This document shows positions 63,037 to 64,000 of a DNA stretch of 64,000 bases, one piece after another. The position numbers and the translations under genes were made by a program. Each line of letters begins with the position of its first letter. Within the stretch, counting starts at the first letter, position 1. The DNA comes from Tubulanus polymorphus (taxonomy: Eukaryota > Animalia > Nemertea), in NCBI RefSeq assembly GCF_964204645.1, contig NC_134032.1, positions 2,414,416-2,478,415 on the forward strand, in the 5' to 3' direction. The notes beneath the pieces are model-generated. The model saw nothing but the letters and a program-made list of their open reading frames with translations. It searched no databases and was not told the DNA's origin.

Positions 63037-64000
63037 TTAATACCCGTACGGTATGGTTCTATGTTTGTCGAAGAACGCTCTTTTAGGGTAAACGATTCGA
63101 TACCGTTTCTTCTCTAAAGCCGACTTAAGTACATAGTTTCTAGTATCTCGTTGGATAGCCGAAGGGTTGATCACGGTTATAGGATCGTCATCGTTGTTTC
63201 TTCCGGACACGACGATGTCGCGCATACATTCGAAATTCACCAATTGCGAATTCCTGAAGTTTAAACATATACCTTTAACTTTACAAACGGTCTTCTCTGA
63301 GTTGTATTTGGTCGACTTTACTTTATACGCGTAATTCTTCGCTCCTCCCGACACGAATTCCGTGATCTAAGATCCTACACCGTAATCGCCCTCTAATTCG
63401 TCGGTCATGTCGCCTAGAAAAATACCGGTCGGCGGGTCGTGCATATCCGGTTTGGCGATATAGATAACCGAGTCGGTGTCCATGTAAAGAACGCGACTAT
63501 CCAACGGTTCGATGTAAGAATACAGCTTCAGGCGAGCGTGAGCGGTAGTGAATGCGGCCAACACTACGTTCGATTTAGAGTCTGGGGTTACGATTCGTTC
63601 GTGTTTTTGAACTGCAACTTCTTCAACAGTTCTTCATTAAGGATAATAACATCGGATACTGTTACGGCCAGAAAAAGCCAAACTACAAACACAACTCGGA
63701 AGACTGCCATCTACATAACACCAACTGCTTTATTAAACAGAACTCAACTGAACTGCCGAATATCAACAGTACGAACATATATATACAGGAAACAACAATA
63801 GAAGAATACAGACAGAGATTAAAGCTTACAATATTCACAATGAACACTGACATGCGACGAAATAGGAACTTGAAAACCAGTGATGCTAGACAAAAATCGA
63901 ATACGTAACAGATACTTCGACGTCGTCCGATAAAAGCATGTCGTTGAGTTCGAACGGTTCCGACACGAACTTCGCTTGGGTCTTAGTAGGTTTGATACCC
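63037..64000 (-). mobile_element. Polinton/Maverick protein-primed DNA polymerase B C-terminal remnant
   Basis: AAFTTAHARLKLY, VLYMDTDSVIY, FVSGGAKNYAY, KVKGICLN, TIPYGY*. One in-frame stop at 63367. Interrupted by a solo LTR and continues to the window edge. Confidence 0.9.
63660..63910. mobile_element. Solo LTR (251 bp) inserted in the PolB remnant
   Basis: TGTTACG...CGTAACA ends. 5-bp TSD GATAC at 63655-63659 and 63911-63915. Confidence 0.85.

Overview
AT-rich animal genomic DNA with spliceosomal introns, probably from a marine invertebrate (inferred from the GPCR types and repeat landscape). It is dominated by nested transposable elements. The centrepiece is a ~20.4-kb DNA transposon at 16570-36922 with TATGG...CCATA ends (IS3EU-like). 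Its ~1.0-1.2-kb inverted arms are built from palindromic 154-bp tandem units. It carries two convergent, apparently intact spliced genes that the ORF track shows only as fragments. One is a 10-exon DDE integrase-type transposase (- strand, 25020-35460, 396 aa). The other is an 8-exon SAM-domain/HECT E3 ubiquitin ligase (+ strand, 18377-23860, 830 aa, catalytic Cys retained). A very young, intact BEL/Pao LTR retrotransposon (27007-33500) sits inside a MITE inside transposase intron 7. Host-like genes are two intronless class A GPCRs, GPCR/opsin-like pseudogene fragments and a secreted PAN + LamG-like protein with partial duplicates. The remainder comprises a 9-bp-TSD TIR element carrying a USP Cys-box exon, local duplications, and decayed LINE, BEL, Gypsy, piggyBac, Penelope, Helentron-type and Polinton fragments. 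All gene models were assembled by hand from GT-AG sites and reading-frame phase. No database searches were run.
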